Shown here piece by piece: positions 10,211-18,928 of a DNA stretch of 64,000 nt. The notes beneath the pieces are model-generated. The model was not told where the DNA came from, made no database searches, and worked only from the letters and a program-made list of their open reading frames with translations. The translations under genes and the position numbers were made by a program. Every line of letters starts with the position of its first letter. Positions within the stretch are counted from its first letter, which is position 1. This DNA comes from an uncultured delta proteobacterium (GTDB lineage Bacteria > Desulfobacterota > Syntrophorhabdia > Syntrophorhabdales > WCHB1-27), in NCBI GenBank assembly GCA_963810935.1, contig CAWEPK010000011.1:66429-130428 (forward strand), given 5' to 3'.

Positions 10211-10983
10211 CTTCCACCCTCGATTGCTGCGCCTATGGCGCACACGTATTCCGGCATCTCCGACAGGGATGCGTCCTGTCCTATGACGGCAGGCAGGCGC
10301 CCGGCGAGCGCTTTTGCCAGGCCGCCCGCGACGACGACCTCCCTGGTCAGCGTGATGCATGTGCTCATGGCGCCTACACGGTCGGCCATGAACTTCAGGA
10401 CTGCGTTCGCCGCGTCAGGGGTTTCCGTGCCCCTGCACATCAGGTCGATGACCTCAGACTCGGCACAGAGCGCGCACTGGACGGCGACTGAGGCGTCGAC
10501 CTTCGATTTCGCCGCGAGCGTGCACATCTCATCCTCGCTCAACCCCAGTGACCGCGCCATGGCTGTGTAGAAGATGCCGAGGCCGTCGGCGCACTTGTCG
10601 TTCTGGATGACGTCGATGACGTCGCCGCTTGCGTCGTACCGGACCGCCTGGTGTACGTTCCCGCCGATATCAATGACCGTCCTCGACGCCCTGTTGAGGA
10701 AGAAGGCGCCTCGTGCGGCTGCCACGTAGTCGGGGATGGCGCCCGAACCTTCCGCCGCCGCTCCCAACGCCCGCTCCCTGTATATGCCCGTAGTAACGAC
10801 AGCAGCAGGCGCGCCTGCGCCCGCGCTTTCCAGGCACCGGGCGAGGACCGCCCGGGCTGCGCCGGCCGGGTCGAACCCGGTCGGCACCGTGCAGGAGGCG
10901 AGGACCTCCCGGCCTCTCATTACTACCGCTTTCGTATTGACGTGGCCCGCATCAATTCCTGCCAGGATCTTTTCGTTATTCAT
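10207..10983 (-). CDS. ASKHA ATPase/activase subunit (BzdP/Q-like)
   Basis: GIDAGHVNTK, TTGIYR, IDIGG, NDKCADG, CALCAESE, GGLAK. Confidence 0.88.
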   Translation of the reverse strand: MNNEKILAGIDAGHVNTKAVVMRGREVLASCTVPTGFDPAGAARAVLARCLESAGAGAPAAVVTTGIYRERALGAAAEGSGAIPDYVAAARGAFFLNRASRTVIDIGGNVHQAVRYDASGDVIDVIQNDKCADGLGIFYTAMARSLGLSEDEMCTLAAKSKVDASVAVQCALCAESEVIDLMCRGTETPDAANAVLKFMADRVGAMSTCITLTREVVVAGGLAKALAGRLPAVIGQDASLSEMPEYVCAIGAAIEGGR

Positions 10984-12125
10984 GGCGCCACCCGCGTAAT
11001 CGTTTCTATGAGGGCCTCAAGCTGAGTCCCGAACTGGTTCATCGGCACGGTCGTATCGAGCTCCAGCTCAACCGAAGGGATGCCGAGCTGCTCCAAAATG
11101 GGCTTCAATGCAACGATGTCGTTAGGCTGGGGGCTGCAAAACCGCTGATATAAAAATATCACGCCGTCCGGCCTGTAGTCCTCTATGAACTGCCTGACGA
11201 ACCTGAACCTTTTCCGCTCGCCCGTGCCCGGCACGTTGTCTTTTGCGGGGCAGGGGAGCCTGCCCGTGTAGCCTTCCGCAAGCGCAGCGAGCTTATCGGC
11301 CCTGCCTTCCGGCACCTCGAACCAGAAGTACCTGGCCGCAGTGCAGGAATCGGCGAACACAAGGCTCGCCTTGTAACCCAGGTGCTCGATCAGGTCGAAG
11401 ACCGCGAGGTCGTCGCACGCGCCTCCCGTCACCATGAGCCTTACTCCCGGCGGCTTGCCCGCATCGCCGTCAAGGCTGCCGATCAATTCTTCGAGCATCT
11501 CATTGCACTCCTGCTTATCCATGACCTGGGCGGCAAGCGTCACCGCCGCAGCTTCCGGCCCGGTTACGGGCGGCCTGTCGCTCCTCAGGAACTCCCACAG
11601 CCGTTTGAGCAGTCTTCTGTTGCGGTTGTAAACCTTGATTGCCTCTTCCAGTTTTGCGTCCGTTATGCTCTTTGTCGAGAATTTCTCTACGAACTGCCTG
11701 AATTGTCCGAAGGACTCGGCGACAAAGGCCGGGGCGGGTTTGGTTTCCATGATGTGTGGGAATGGTATGAGGTAGCTTTTCTCCCCGAACCCGGCGAACC
11801 GGACCCAGACATTGAACGCCTCGGACATATGGATGCAACTGCTGCTCGTGACGAGCAGGTCGAGGTAGTCGTAATTGTGCTGCAAGCCTTGATAGGCGCA
11901 GTCGTGCGAGAAGGAGCAGTACGTCTCATGGATGTAGCTCCTCGTCATCGCTTGCGACACGTGGTTGGTTAGGACCCTGACCGGGACGATGCCGGCCGCA
12001 TAAAGGATCTCCTCGGGGACGTGGGTGCACATGTACCCCGCAATCGGGCGGCCCAGTGCCTTTGCATATGCGTGCGGCTCCTCGCTTATCCGGCGGAAGC
12101 GTTCGACGATCGCGGCTTTTTCCAT
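10980..12125 (-). CDS. 2-hydroxyacyl-CoA dehydratase/benzoyl-CoA reductase subunit (BzdN/BcrC-like)
   Basis: GYMCTHVPEEILYAAG, YCSF, SSCIH, CTAARYF, RFCSP; HGD-D family pattern. Confidence 0.85.
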   Translation of the reverse strand: MEKAAIVERFRRISEEPHAYAKALGRPIAGYMCTHVPEEILYAAGIVPVRVLTNHVSQAMTRSYIHETYCSFSHDCAYQGLQHNYDYLDLLVTSSSCIHMSEAFNVWVRFAGFGEKSYLIPFPHIMETKPAPAFVAESFGQFRQFVEKFSTKSITDAKLEEAIKVYNRNRRLLKRLWEFLRSDRPPVTGPEAAAVTLAAQVMDKQECNEMLEELIGSLDGDAGKPPGVRLMVTGGACDDLAVFDLIEHLGYKASLVFADSCTAARYFWFEVPEGRADKLAALAEGYTGRLPCPAKDNVPGTGERKRFRFVRQFIEDYRPDGVIFLYQRFCSPQPNDIVALKPILEQLGIPSVELELDTTVPMNQFGTQLEALIETITRVAP

Positions 12126-13441
12126 TATCGCACCCCTTTCCTGCGGGCTTCCATCAGGTGGACTAACAACTCCGTTTTCCGCTGGGCGCCCGGCAGGTCC
12201 ATCTTACGGACGTCAACCTGGTCGGTGTCGTATTCCACGGTGGGAATCTCGCCCTTGAAAATGCGCTGCATGCCGATGTAGCCGTTCCTGAAGTCCGTCT
12301 CGCAGCTACGGGAAGGTGCGAGCAGGAGTCCGTCCGCCTTATATTCATCCACCATCGCCCTTGCCATCTTTTCCAGGGCCCAGTAGGAGCGCACACCCTG
12401 CCAGGTGGGCCAGCCGAGGACTATCTTGGCAAGCTCGGTGATCGCCTTTCTTCTCGTTGACACGTCGAGCTCGTCCACCCATTGAGGGTCTATAGGCTCC
12501 CAGGTCCACTTGCCGTCCACCAGCCCCTTGAAGTTGCCGCAGGTGCCGAAAGTGTAGACCGAGGCAACGATCTCGGCCCCGACGTCCCGGAGGATGCGCG
12601 CCATTTCCGGGTGGCCGTAAGTGTGGGCGATTCCGAAGTAGACTATCCTGTAGCGCTGGTCGGGGGCGACGCTCTCGCCGTTTGCGACCATGCTCTTCAC
12701 TTCCTCGAGCAGCGTCTCATACAGCCTGACGCTTTCATCGGTCGTCCTGTCAACGATCGCAGGGGGGAAAAGGGCAATGAGACGCCGCTCGTCGAGGGGC
12801 GCGGGCGAGCGCATGTTGAGGGCGCAGATATTGCCCCACAGGACGAGTACCTTGATCTCGTTCCTGGCGGCCTTGATGAACAGCTCGTCCGAGTACCCCC
12901 TGCCGGTCACCCTTTCGAGCCAGTTTATTCCGCCTTCTATCTGGTCGGAGACGTACTTTACGATCTTGGGGTCTTTCTCGGCGTTGCCGCCACCGATCAT
13001 ATCTATCGCGTACATGGGGATGCCGCCGAGGCGCCTTGAGACCTCCTGATACCATTTGGAGTGCTGGCTGCACAGGTGCGTTGTCCAGATCACGTCCGGC
13101 TTGGGATACCCGTCCCTGATCGTACCGTCGGTAATGGCGATCTTGTCCCGGACGACCTCTCCTACAAAGAGCTTCAGGTAGCTGCAAGCGTGGAAGCCCA
13201 GACCTGCGGCCTCTGCCGCCGCAATGTCCAAACGGCTTTCCTCCGGGAAGGTGCCTGCCGTCGAAGCGGCATGCGGCTCGCCGCCTATCAGGTGCACGTC
13301 CTCCCCCAGCCCCTTCAGCGGGGCCAGCACGCTCCATGTGGAGCCCATGCAGCGCAAACCGCCGGAAGCCTCCACGTAGTCCTTGTAACATCCGCTCTGG
13401 TAGCTCTTGATCTCGGGCCAGGTCTTCAGGTTATACGGCAC
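12125..13441 (-). CDS. 2-hydroxyacyl-CoA dehydratase/benzoyl-CoA reductase subunit (BzdO/BcrB-like)
   Basis: GEPHAAS, ACSYLK, PKPD...HLCSQHSKWYQ, LERVTGR, RSCE; three Fe-S cysteines. Confidence 0.82.
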   Translation of the reverse strand: MPYNLKTWPEIKSYQSGCYKDYVEASGGLRCMGSTWSVLAPLKGLGEDVHLIGGEPHAASTAGTFPEESRLDIAAAEAAGLGFHACSYLKLFVGEVVRDKIAITDGTIRDGYPKPDVIWTTHLCSQHSKWYQEVSRRLGGIPMYAIDMIGGGNAEKDPKIVKYVSDQIEGGINWLERVTGRGYSDELFIKAARNEIKVLVLWGNICALNMRSPAPLDERRLIALFPPAIVDRTTDESVRLYETLLEEVKSMVANGESVAPDQRYRIVYFGIAHTYGHPEMARILRDVGAEIVASVYTFGTCGNFKGLVDGKWTWEPIDPQWVDELDVSTRRKAITELAKIVLGWPTWQGVRSYWALEKMARAMVDEYKADGLLLAPSRSCETDFRNGYIGMQRIFKGEIPTVEYDTDQVDVRKMDLPGAQRKTELLVHLMEARRKGVR

Positions 13442-13477
13442 TTCAGCCTCCTATCTCATGCCTGCCGGCTCTATTAT

Positions 13478-13568
13478 TGAATACGATTCATTATTATCCA
13501 TCCGTCACTGCTTGTCAAGTAATTTTAATCCTGTAAAATCACATAACTAATGATATTAATGATATTCA
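13478..13568. promoter_or_regulatory. Divergent promoter region with TetR-type operators
   Basis: TGAATACGATTCA (13478-13490) and near-match TTAATGATATTCA (13556-13568) between the reductase operon and tetR. Confidence 0.6.
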
Positions 13569-13666
13569 ATATTTAAGTCACGGCTGGCCGTGTTTCCGTC
13601 CGGCAGGGGCAATCGCCTTCTTGACAAAAACAGCGGGCAATAGTAAAACCAAAGGAACGAGGCACT

Positions 13667-14356
13667 ATGAAAGGCAAAGACGAGACGCTGAAAAAAAGTT
13701 TCAAGAGAAAGGCGATCATACAGGCGGCCATCGAAGTCTTCGGCAAGAAGGACTTCCAGAGCGCGGCCATATCGGAGATAGCCCAGAGCGCGGGCGTCGC
13801 CGACGGCACCATTTACCAGTATTTCAAGAACAAGGAAGACCTCTTCTTTTCGATCCCCGTCGAGAAGACGAAAGAATTCCGCGACGAGCTTAACCTCCAC
13901 CTCCAGGGCATCCACGGCGCACTGAATAAGATTCGGAAATTCGTCTGGTACTTCCTTTATTTCTTCAAGACGAACCCCGAGTACGGAAGGATACTGATGC
14001 TCGAGATGCGGGTGAGCAGGAGTTTCGTCGCAACGGCGACGTACGATTTCCTGAAGAAATCGGTCAGCCAGGTGATGGAGATCATCGCCGAAGGGCAGAA
14101 AGAAAGGGTTATCAGGGCCGACATCGACCCATACGTCATGCGCCACCTTATCCTCGGCGTCTTAGAGCACATGGCGACGCGCTGGCTGCTCAAAGGCGCG
14201 AAATACGACCTGCTCGCGCATCATGAGGAAGTCAGCCGGCTGTTGATCGACGCGTTGAGCAGCGAGTCCGCCCGCATGGGAAAACCCACCGATAAACGCA
14301 GCGCAAGGAAGGCGCAGCCGGGGACGCCGCCCGCCAAACGCAAACCGACTCAATAA
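13667..14356 (+). CDS. TetR/AcrR family regulator (FadR/YsiA-like C-terminus)
   Basis: HTH ISEIAQSAGVADGTIYQYFKNKEDL; divergent from the reductase operon. Confidence 0.92.
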   Translation: MKGKDETLKKSFKRKAIIQAAIEVFGKKDFQSAAISEIAQSAGVADGTIYQYFKNKEDLFFSIPVEKTKEFRDELNLHLQGIHGALNKIRKFVWYFLYFFKTNPEYGRILMLEMRVSRSFVATATYDFLKKSVSQVMEIIAEGQKERVIRADIDPYVMRHLILGVLEHMATRWLLKGAKYDLLAHHEEVSRLLIDALSSESARMGKPTDKRSARKAQPGTPPAKRKPTQ

Positions 14357-14458
14357 CAAAATTGCCCGCCTCGCAGACGGCCCCGGCCCTACGGTATTCT
14401 ACCTGGTCTTCCGGCGACTCATCACGGTGCCTTGCGATAAAGTACGTTGGTCAGGCGA

Positions 14459-15496
14459 TCAAAAGATGGATCCGGAAACGGCCCCGGCCCCGGCCGATAT
14501 ACCTGGGGCTACGTACGAGAATGAGTCGAGGATGTGCGGCGCGCCGCTGTCGAGGAGGGCCTTCCAGGCGACGGTGACCGTCGGCCCCTCTACCGTCACG
14601 AGCACGTAGCCGTGGTAATCCGAGTTGCTGTATTCGCCGATTATCCTTGGCCCCTCCGGGTAGACGCCGGGCCAATGAGCCGGCCTCGGGCCTCCGGTGC
14701 CTGCGGTGACTTGCCGCATGGGATTGCCGGCAACATCTGGGATCATGGCCCGGTTGTAGGGGTGGTCATGGCCGCAGAGATAGACCCTCGCCCCCGCCCG
14801 GCCGATCAGGTCCCAGAAGGCGTCCCGGTCCTTCGGGTAGAAGGCAAGGCAGTCGAGGTGCCTCAATTGAAAAGCAGGCTCATGCCCGAAGACGAAAACG
14901 TGGGGCATCGTGTTGGATGCAAGCTGCCCTTCGAGCCATCTATAGTTCATCCTGTGGGGGCGCTCGAATTGGTCCAGGCCGACGACGAACGCGTTCTTGT
15001 GCGTAAAGCTGTAAGTGATCCCTTCTTCGCCCGGCGGGCCGTTTGCCGGTATATACGGCTCCGAAAAGACCTTTCTGAAGGCGTCACCGAGAAGGGCCAG
15101 GCTGCCGGGCGGCGGCTCGAACCGGGCCGGAAGGGGCGGCAGGGCGATGCGTTCGGGCCCGCTGTCGTGATTGCCCCTGACGGGAAAGACCTTGATCCCC
15201 GCCCCGTATACGGGCTCCATCGTCTTTTTCCAGTTCAGGTATTGGTCGACATAGGACGTTCCGCCATTCCTGAACCACCCGTTCACCAGGTCGCCCGCGG
15301 CGAGCACAAAGTCCGGCTTATCGCAGGCGATCGCGTGCGCGACCTTCCCAAGCACCGCATCGTCCACGCATGACTTTCCGGGGGCTTCCCAGTTGTCGCC
15401 CTGCGTATCGCTTATTAGGGCAAACTTCCAGCCGGCCCCGTTCCGGGGCCCGCGCAGCACGTAGCCCTTTCCATTCATAGGGCCGTCCGCCGTCAT
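14459..15496 (-). CDS. Calcineurin-like metallophosphoesterase
   Basis: ISDTQ, GDLV, GNHD, GHEP, CGHDH motifs. Confidence 0.85.
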   Translation of the reverse strand: MTADGPMNGKGYVLRGPRNGAGWKFALISDTQGDNWEAPGKSCVDDAVLGKVAHAIACDKPDFVLAAGDLVNGWFRNGGTSYVDQYLNWKKTMEPVYGAGIKVFPVRGNHDSGPERIALPPLPARFEPPPGSLALLGDAFRKVFSEPYIPANGPPGEEGITYSFTHKNAFVVGLDQFERPHRMNYRWLEGQLASNTMPHVFVFGHEPAFQLRHLDCLAFYPKDRDAFWDLIGRAGARVYLCGHDHPYNRAMIPDVAGNPMRQVTAGTGGPRPAHWPGVYPEGPRIIGEYSNSDYHGYVLVTVEGPTVTVAWKALLDSGAPHILDSFSYVAPGISAGAGAVSGSIF

Positions 15497-15528
15497 GCCT
15501 TCATAACCTCTCTCTCCGAAGGTTGAGT

Positions 15529-15891
15529 TCACGCCGAGAGCCCGGCCTGCCCTAGCCTGCGCATCTCGTATGTGCCGGGCGGCATCAACCCGGGCTTTGC
15601 CCAAGCCACGAGGTGGAGCGAAACGCCTGCCCTCTTCGCCTGGAGATAATTTACCACGTCAGGCGAAAAATCGGCTTCATTATAATCAGCGAGCACCGTC
15701 TCCACCGGGTCCTGCGCCGGGCTTTTAAACGCCCATTCGTATCGTGAGATGTAATGCTTCGCCCGCTGCATCGCAAGCTCGGGAGATCTGTCCTCCACCC
15801 AGAAGTGCGCCAATCCTCCTTCGAGCCTTTCGGCATCGGGGTTTCCGGAGGTCGGCAAAGCGTTGAAAACAAGGTAGTAAATCCTTTTCAT
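15529..15891 (-). CDS. Hypothetical protein, first gene of the leftward ModE-boxed operon
   Basis: 120 aa ORF with AAAGGAG RBS. Confidence 0.65.
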   Translation of the reverse strand: MKRIYYLVFNALPTSGNPDAERLEGGLAHFWVEDRSPELAMQRAKHYISRYEWAFKSPAQDPVETVLADYNEADFSPDVVNYLQAKRAGVSLHLVAWAKPGLMPPGTYEMRRLGQAGLSA

Positions 15892-16026
15892 GAGAGTCTC
15901 CTTTCGCTAAAAGGGAAAGCGCCCGTTCCTTCTCATTTACCTGGCGATGGACCTTGTGCCTGCCTCGCGCCCGGCAGGCCCTGACTCTCCTTTTACCCTG
16001 CCCCCTGGCTGGTCTAAGTGATAATG

Positions 16027-16050
16027 CGTTATATTATGTTGGATATAACG
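16027..16050. promoter_or_regulatory. ModE box 1
   Basis: CGTTATAT-N8-ATATAACG, overlapping a leftward TTGACA-17-TAATAT promoter. Confidence 0.8.
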
Positions 16051-16291
16051 ACTTGTCAAGATAATTTTTACCGTCGGGAAGCGTCAAAAAAGAGGGATTT
16101 TACCTTACAGCTTATCTTCCCTGTGGATGACGGCCATCGTGCCCTGGTTATAGAGGTTCCGGGCGAAGCACTCTATGGAGATGTCGGCACCGGTTACCAT
16201 GTGCATGAACATGCTGCTGTTCCCGACAGCGATGCTCCTTCCGGGGATCCCGCAAAACTCATCCTCATGTCCGCTGCGCCCGGGCGTTAAG

Positions 16292-16344
16292 CGTTATATT
16301 CGCAACTATATAACAGTATTCGTTATATACGACGCGCCATAACG
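16292..16344. promoter_or_regulatory. ModE boxes 2 and 3 (tandem)
   Basis: CGTTATAT-N8-ATATAACA (16292-16315) and CGTTATAT-N8-CCATAACG (16321-16344). Confidence 0.75.
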
Positions 16345-16396
16345 TCCCTCGATCATTTTCGGAACAGAGACATGACGAACAAAATCCTTGACAATT

Positions 16397-16420
16397 CGTT
16401 ATGCTACATCATATATAACG
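16397..16420. promoter_or_regulatory. ModE box 4
   Basis: CGTTATGC-N8-ATATAACG, immediately after the rightward TTGACA (16388-16393) and covering the -10 region. Confidence 0.78.
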
Positions 16421-16463
16421 CATGATCGCACACACCCAATCCCGATAATTTCAAGGAGCGATA

Positions 16464-18215
16464 ATGAAGAGATCGTTTATTCTATGCTGCGCCGGGCTTG
16501 CCCTTGCCCTGGCAGTCTGTGCAGCACCGGCAGGGGCGCTTACCATAGGCGGACTCGTCAGGCAGCCGCTCAACCTCGGCGCATCGGAGCTTGCGGCCCA
16601 CTTCGAGAATACGACAGTCCGTGCGACCGAGGTCGGCAGCGACAGGCAGTTCCACGGGGCGTTCGTTTACCGGGGCGTTCCCCTCAAGACACTCTTGTCC
16701 CTCGCTTCCGTCCGCAAGGAAGACTCAAATTACCAGAAGCCGTTCGACCTCGCCGTGGTAGTTAAGAACAGAGAAGGCAAGACCGCCGTGCTGTCGGTGG
16801 GGGAGATCTTCTATCGGAACGGCGGTGAGATACTGGTCGCGTTCGCCGCCGAGCCGTTGATGCCCGGCCACACGAATTGCGGCGCCTGCCACGGCCCGAG
16901 CGTCTACCAGCCGGCCCTCGACCAGTTGACGCGAAAAATAGCCTTTCCGAAGCTTGTCGTAACAGGCGACTTTTTCACCGACCGCAACCTTGAGGAGGTC
17001 ATAAGCATCGATGTCATAGAGATGCCGGCGAGGGCAGACAAGAAGCAGATGAAAGGACTCCTCTCCTCGCCGAAATTCAGTGTCTCGGACGGCAGGGGAA
17101 AGGCCGTTGAGATCACCGACCTTGCCGGCTATCGCCGGGTCGAGATAGACCTGAAGTATATGAGCGAAGGGAACGGATACCACGGCGTGAAGCGAGTGAG
17201 CGGGGTGCCGCTCAAAGACATCCTGGACAAAAACGGCATGGGCCGGGACGCCCACGCTGTGGTCCTCGCCTCGTCGGTCGATGACTACAGGATTCTCATC
17301 TCCGATGGCGAGCTTCGTCTAAACCCGGCCGGCGAGCGCATACTGGTAGCCGACAGTGTTGACGGGGTGCCCATCAAGGAGGGGAAATTCACCCTGTTCT
17401 TTCCGGACGACATTGCCTACGACAGGACCGCCAAGGCCCTGAGCAAGATCGAGGTAGTGCGGCTGGAGCAGAAGGCGAGGCTCTTTGTAATCGGCGTCGG
17501 CTGCGCGGACACGAGTCTCGTCACCTTAAAGGCTGTCTCGTACATGGGCAGGTCGGATGTCTTTGTCGCATCCGACGATGTAAAGAGCCGGTTTTCGCGG
17601 TATATCGGCGACAAGCCGGTGCTCTTCGATCCGTTCAAGAGCATGGCCCACCTCATGAAAAAGGACAACGCGGGGCTTACGGAGGAGCAGGTTAAAGAGA
17701 AGGCCGAGGCGCAGCTCGTAAAGAACAACAGGTCGATCGGCGACGCCCTGAAGGCAGGCAAGAACGTCGCCATCCTCGAATACGGCGACCCGACCGTCTA
17801 TCCGCCCTGGCCGGGCTGGCTCGACCCCGAACTGAAAGACCGCGTGGAGGTAGTGCCGGGGTTGAGTGCTTTCAATGCGTCCAACGCGATGCTCGACGGC
17901 AGCCTCACGTGCAGGGGCGGCTCCATCGTGCTCACTACGCCGAGGGCCATCATCGAGAACGTCGAGCTTGCTAAGGCCGTCTCAAACTACGGCGATACCC
18001 TCGCAGTCTTCATGGGGGTCAGGGAGATTGCATCGCTCGTACCGGCGCTGCGCCGCCACTATCCGCCGGGTACGCCAGTCTATATCGTTTACAAGGCGGG
18101 TTATTCGAATAGCGCGCACGTGGTAAAGACAACACTCGGCGAGGCAGTTGAGACTGCGGCTAAGGAGAAAGAAACTCACCTGGCGATGATCTACATAGTG
18201 CCGTGCCTCAAATAG
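16464..18215 (+). CDS. Exported fusion protein: two molybdopterin-oxidoreductase-like domains, a CxxCH motif and a C-terminal tetrapyrrole (corrin/porphyrin) methylase domain
   Basis: Signal peptide MKRSFILCC...APAGA; repeated YRGVPLKTLL / VSGVPLKDIL motifs; CGACH; LFVIGVGCADTSLVTLKA, YGDPTVY, VVPGLSAF, AVFMG. Confidence 0.75.
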   Translation: MKRSFILCCAGLALALAVCAAPAGALTIGGLVRQPLNLGASELAAHFENTTVRATEVGSDRQFHGAFVYRGVPLKTLLSLASVRKEDSNYQKPFDLAVVVKNREGKTAVLSVGEIFYRNGGEILVAFAAEPLMPGHTNCGACHGPSVYQPALDQLTRKIAFPKLVVTGDFFTDRNLEEVISIDVIEMPARADKKQMKGLLSSPKFSVSDGRGKAVEITDLAGYRRVEIDLKYMSEGNGYHGVKRVSGVPLKDILDKNGMGRDAHAVVLASSVDDYRILISDGELRLNPAGERILVADSVDGVPIKEGKFTLFFPDDIAYDRTAKALSKIEVVRLEQKARLFVIGVGCADTSLVTLKAVSYMGRSDVFVASDDVKSRFSRYIGDKPVLFDPFKSMAHLMKKDNAGLTEEQVKEKAEAQLVKNNRSIGDALKAGKNVAILEYGDPTVYPPWPGWLDPELKDRVEVVPGLSAFNASNAMLDGSLTCRGGSIVLTTPRAIIENVELAKAVSNYGDTLAVFMGVREIASLVPALRRHYPPGTPVYIVYKAGYSNSAHVVKTTLGEAVETAAKEKETHLAMIYIVPCLK

Positions 18216-18292
18216 GCAGGCAGGCCGGCTCCGGGCGGATGTTAAGCATCCACCCGGAGCGCTCGCGCCGCGAACCATGTCGGCAATCAGCC

Positions 18293-18676
18293 TTACGACG
18301 GTATAACGACGAGGCCGTCAGTGTACATCTTCGGGGTGCTGATCGAGCAAACGGATATCGTGACCCGGACGGCCTCGCGCGAGCCGGCATCTACCCTCAG
18401 GCTCGCCCATACCTGATAGACTCCGTCCGTCGCGGGGACGATGCCGAAGCCTTGCTCGTTCCTCACCGTCGGCACTACTTCACCGTCCGCCCTCCTGAGG
18501 GACAGCTCGATCCCTCCCGCACCGTTCCGGCTCGTCCACCAGACCAGATATTCCTGGCCCTTCTTCAGGGAAATCTCGCATGCGGGCGTCCCTGTCTTTC
18601 CCACCTCCTTTTCAACCTCCCGAAGAAGCCTTTGATGCATCAACGAATGAAACAACGAATCAGATAACCAGCCCAT
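18293..18676 (-). CDS. Hypothetical protein
   Basis: 127 aa ORF with AAGGAG RBS, downstream of ModE box 5. Confidence 0.6.
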   Translation of the reverse strand: MGWLSDSLFHSLMHQRLLREVEKEVGKTGTPACEISLKKGQEYLVWWTSRNGAGGIELSLRRADGEVVPTVRNEQGFGIVPATDGVYQVWASLRVDAGSREAVRVTISVCSISTPKMYTDGLVVIPS

Positions 18677-18790
18677 GACTCTTCTCCTTTTCCGCTTGCT
18701 GCCCTTTCAAATCGGCTGGGGCGGCCCGCCCGAAATCTCATGTGTGCTGAAGGGCCATCCCGAAGCTTTTTCCCGCGCGATCATGCGATA

Positions 18791-18814
18791 CGTTATATAC
18801 GTACCAATATAACG
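18791..18814. promoter_or_regulatory. ModE box 5
   Basis: Perfect CGTTATAT-N8-ATATAACG between the hypothetical gene and modE. Confidence 0.8.
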
Positions 18815-18928
18815 CCTTAGTTTAATTGAAGGACGCGGTGCTTGTCAAGGCACCGGCCTATATCCCTTGTTTGCATGGAAATCCAAAAGAACATTGCATG
18901 GGAACGAATTATGCGTTAAAATGCACCC

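Noticed and set aside
16027..16420. CRISPR-like repeat array
   Set aside because: The repeats are degenerate palindromes with irregular spacing overlapping promoters, matching ModE operators; no cas genes
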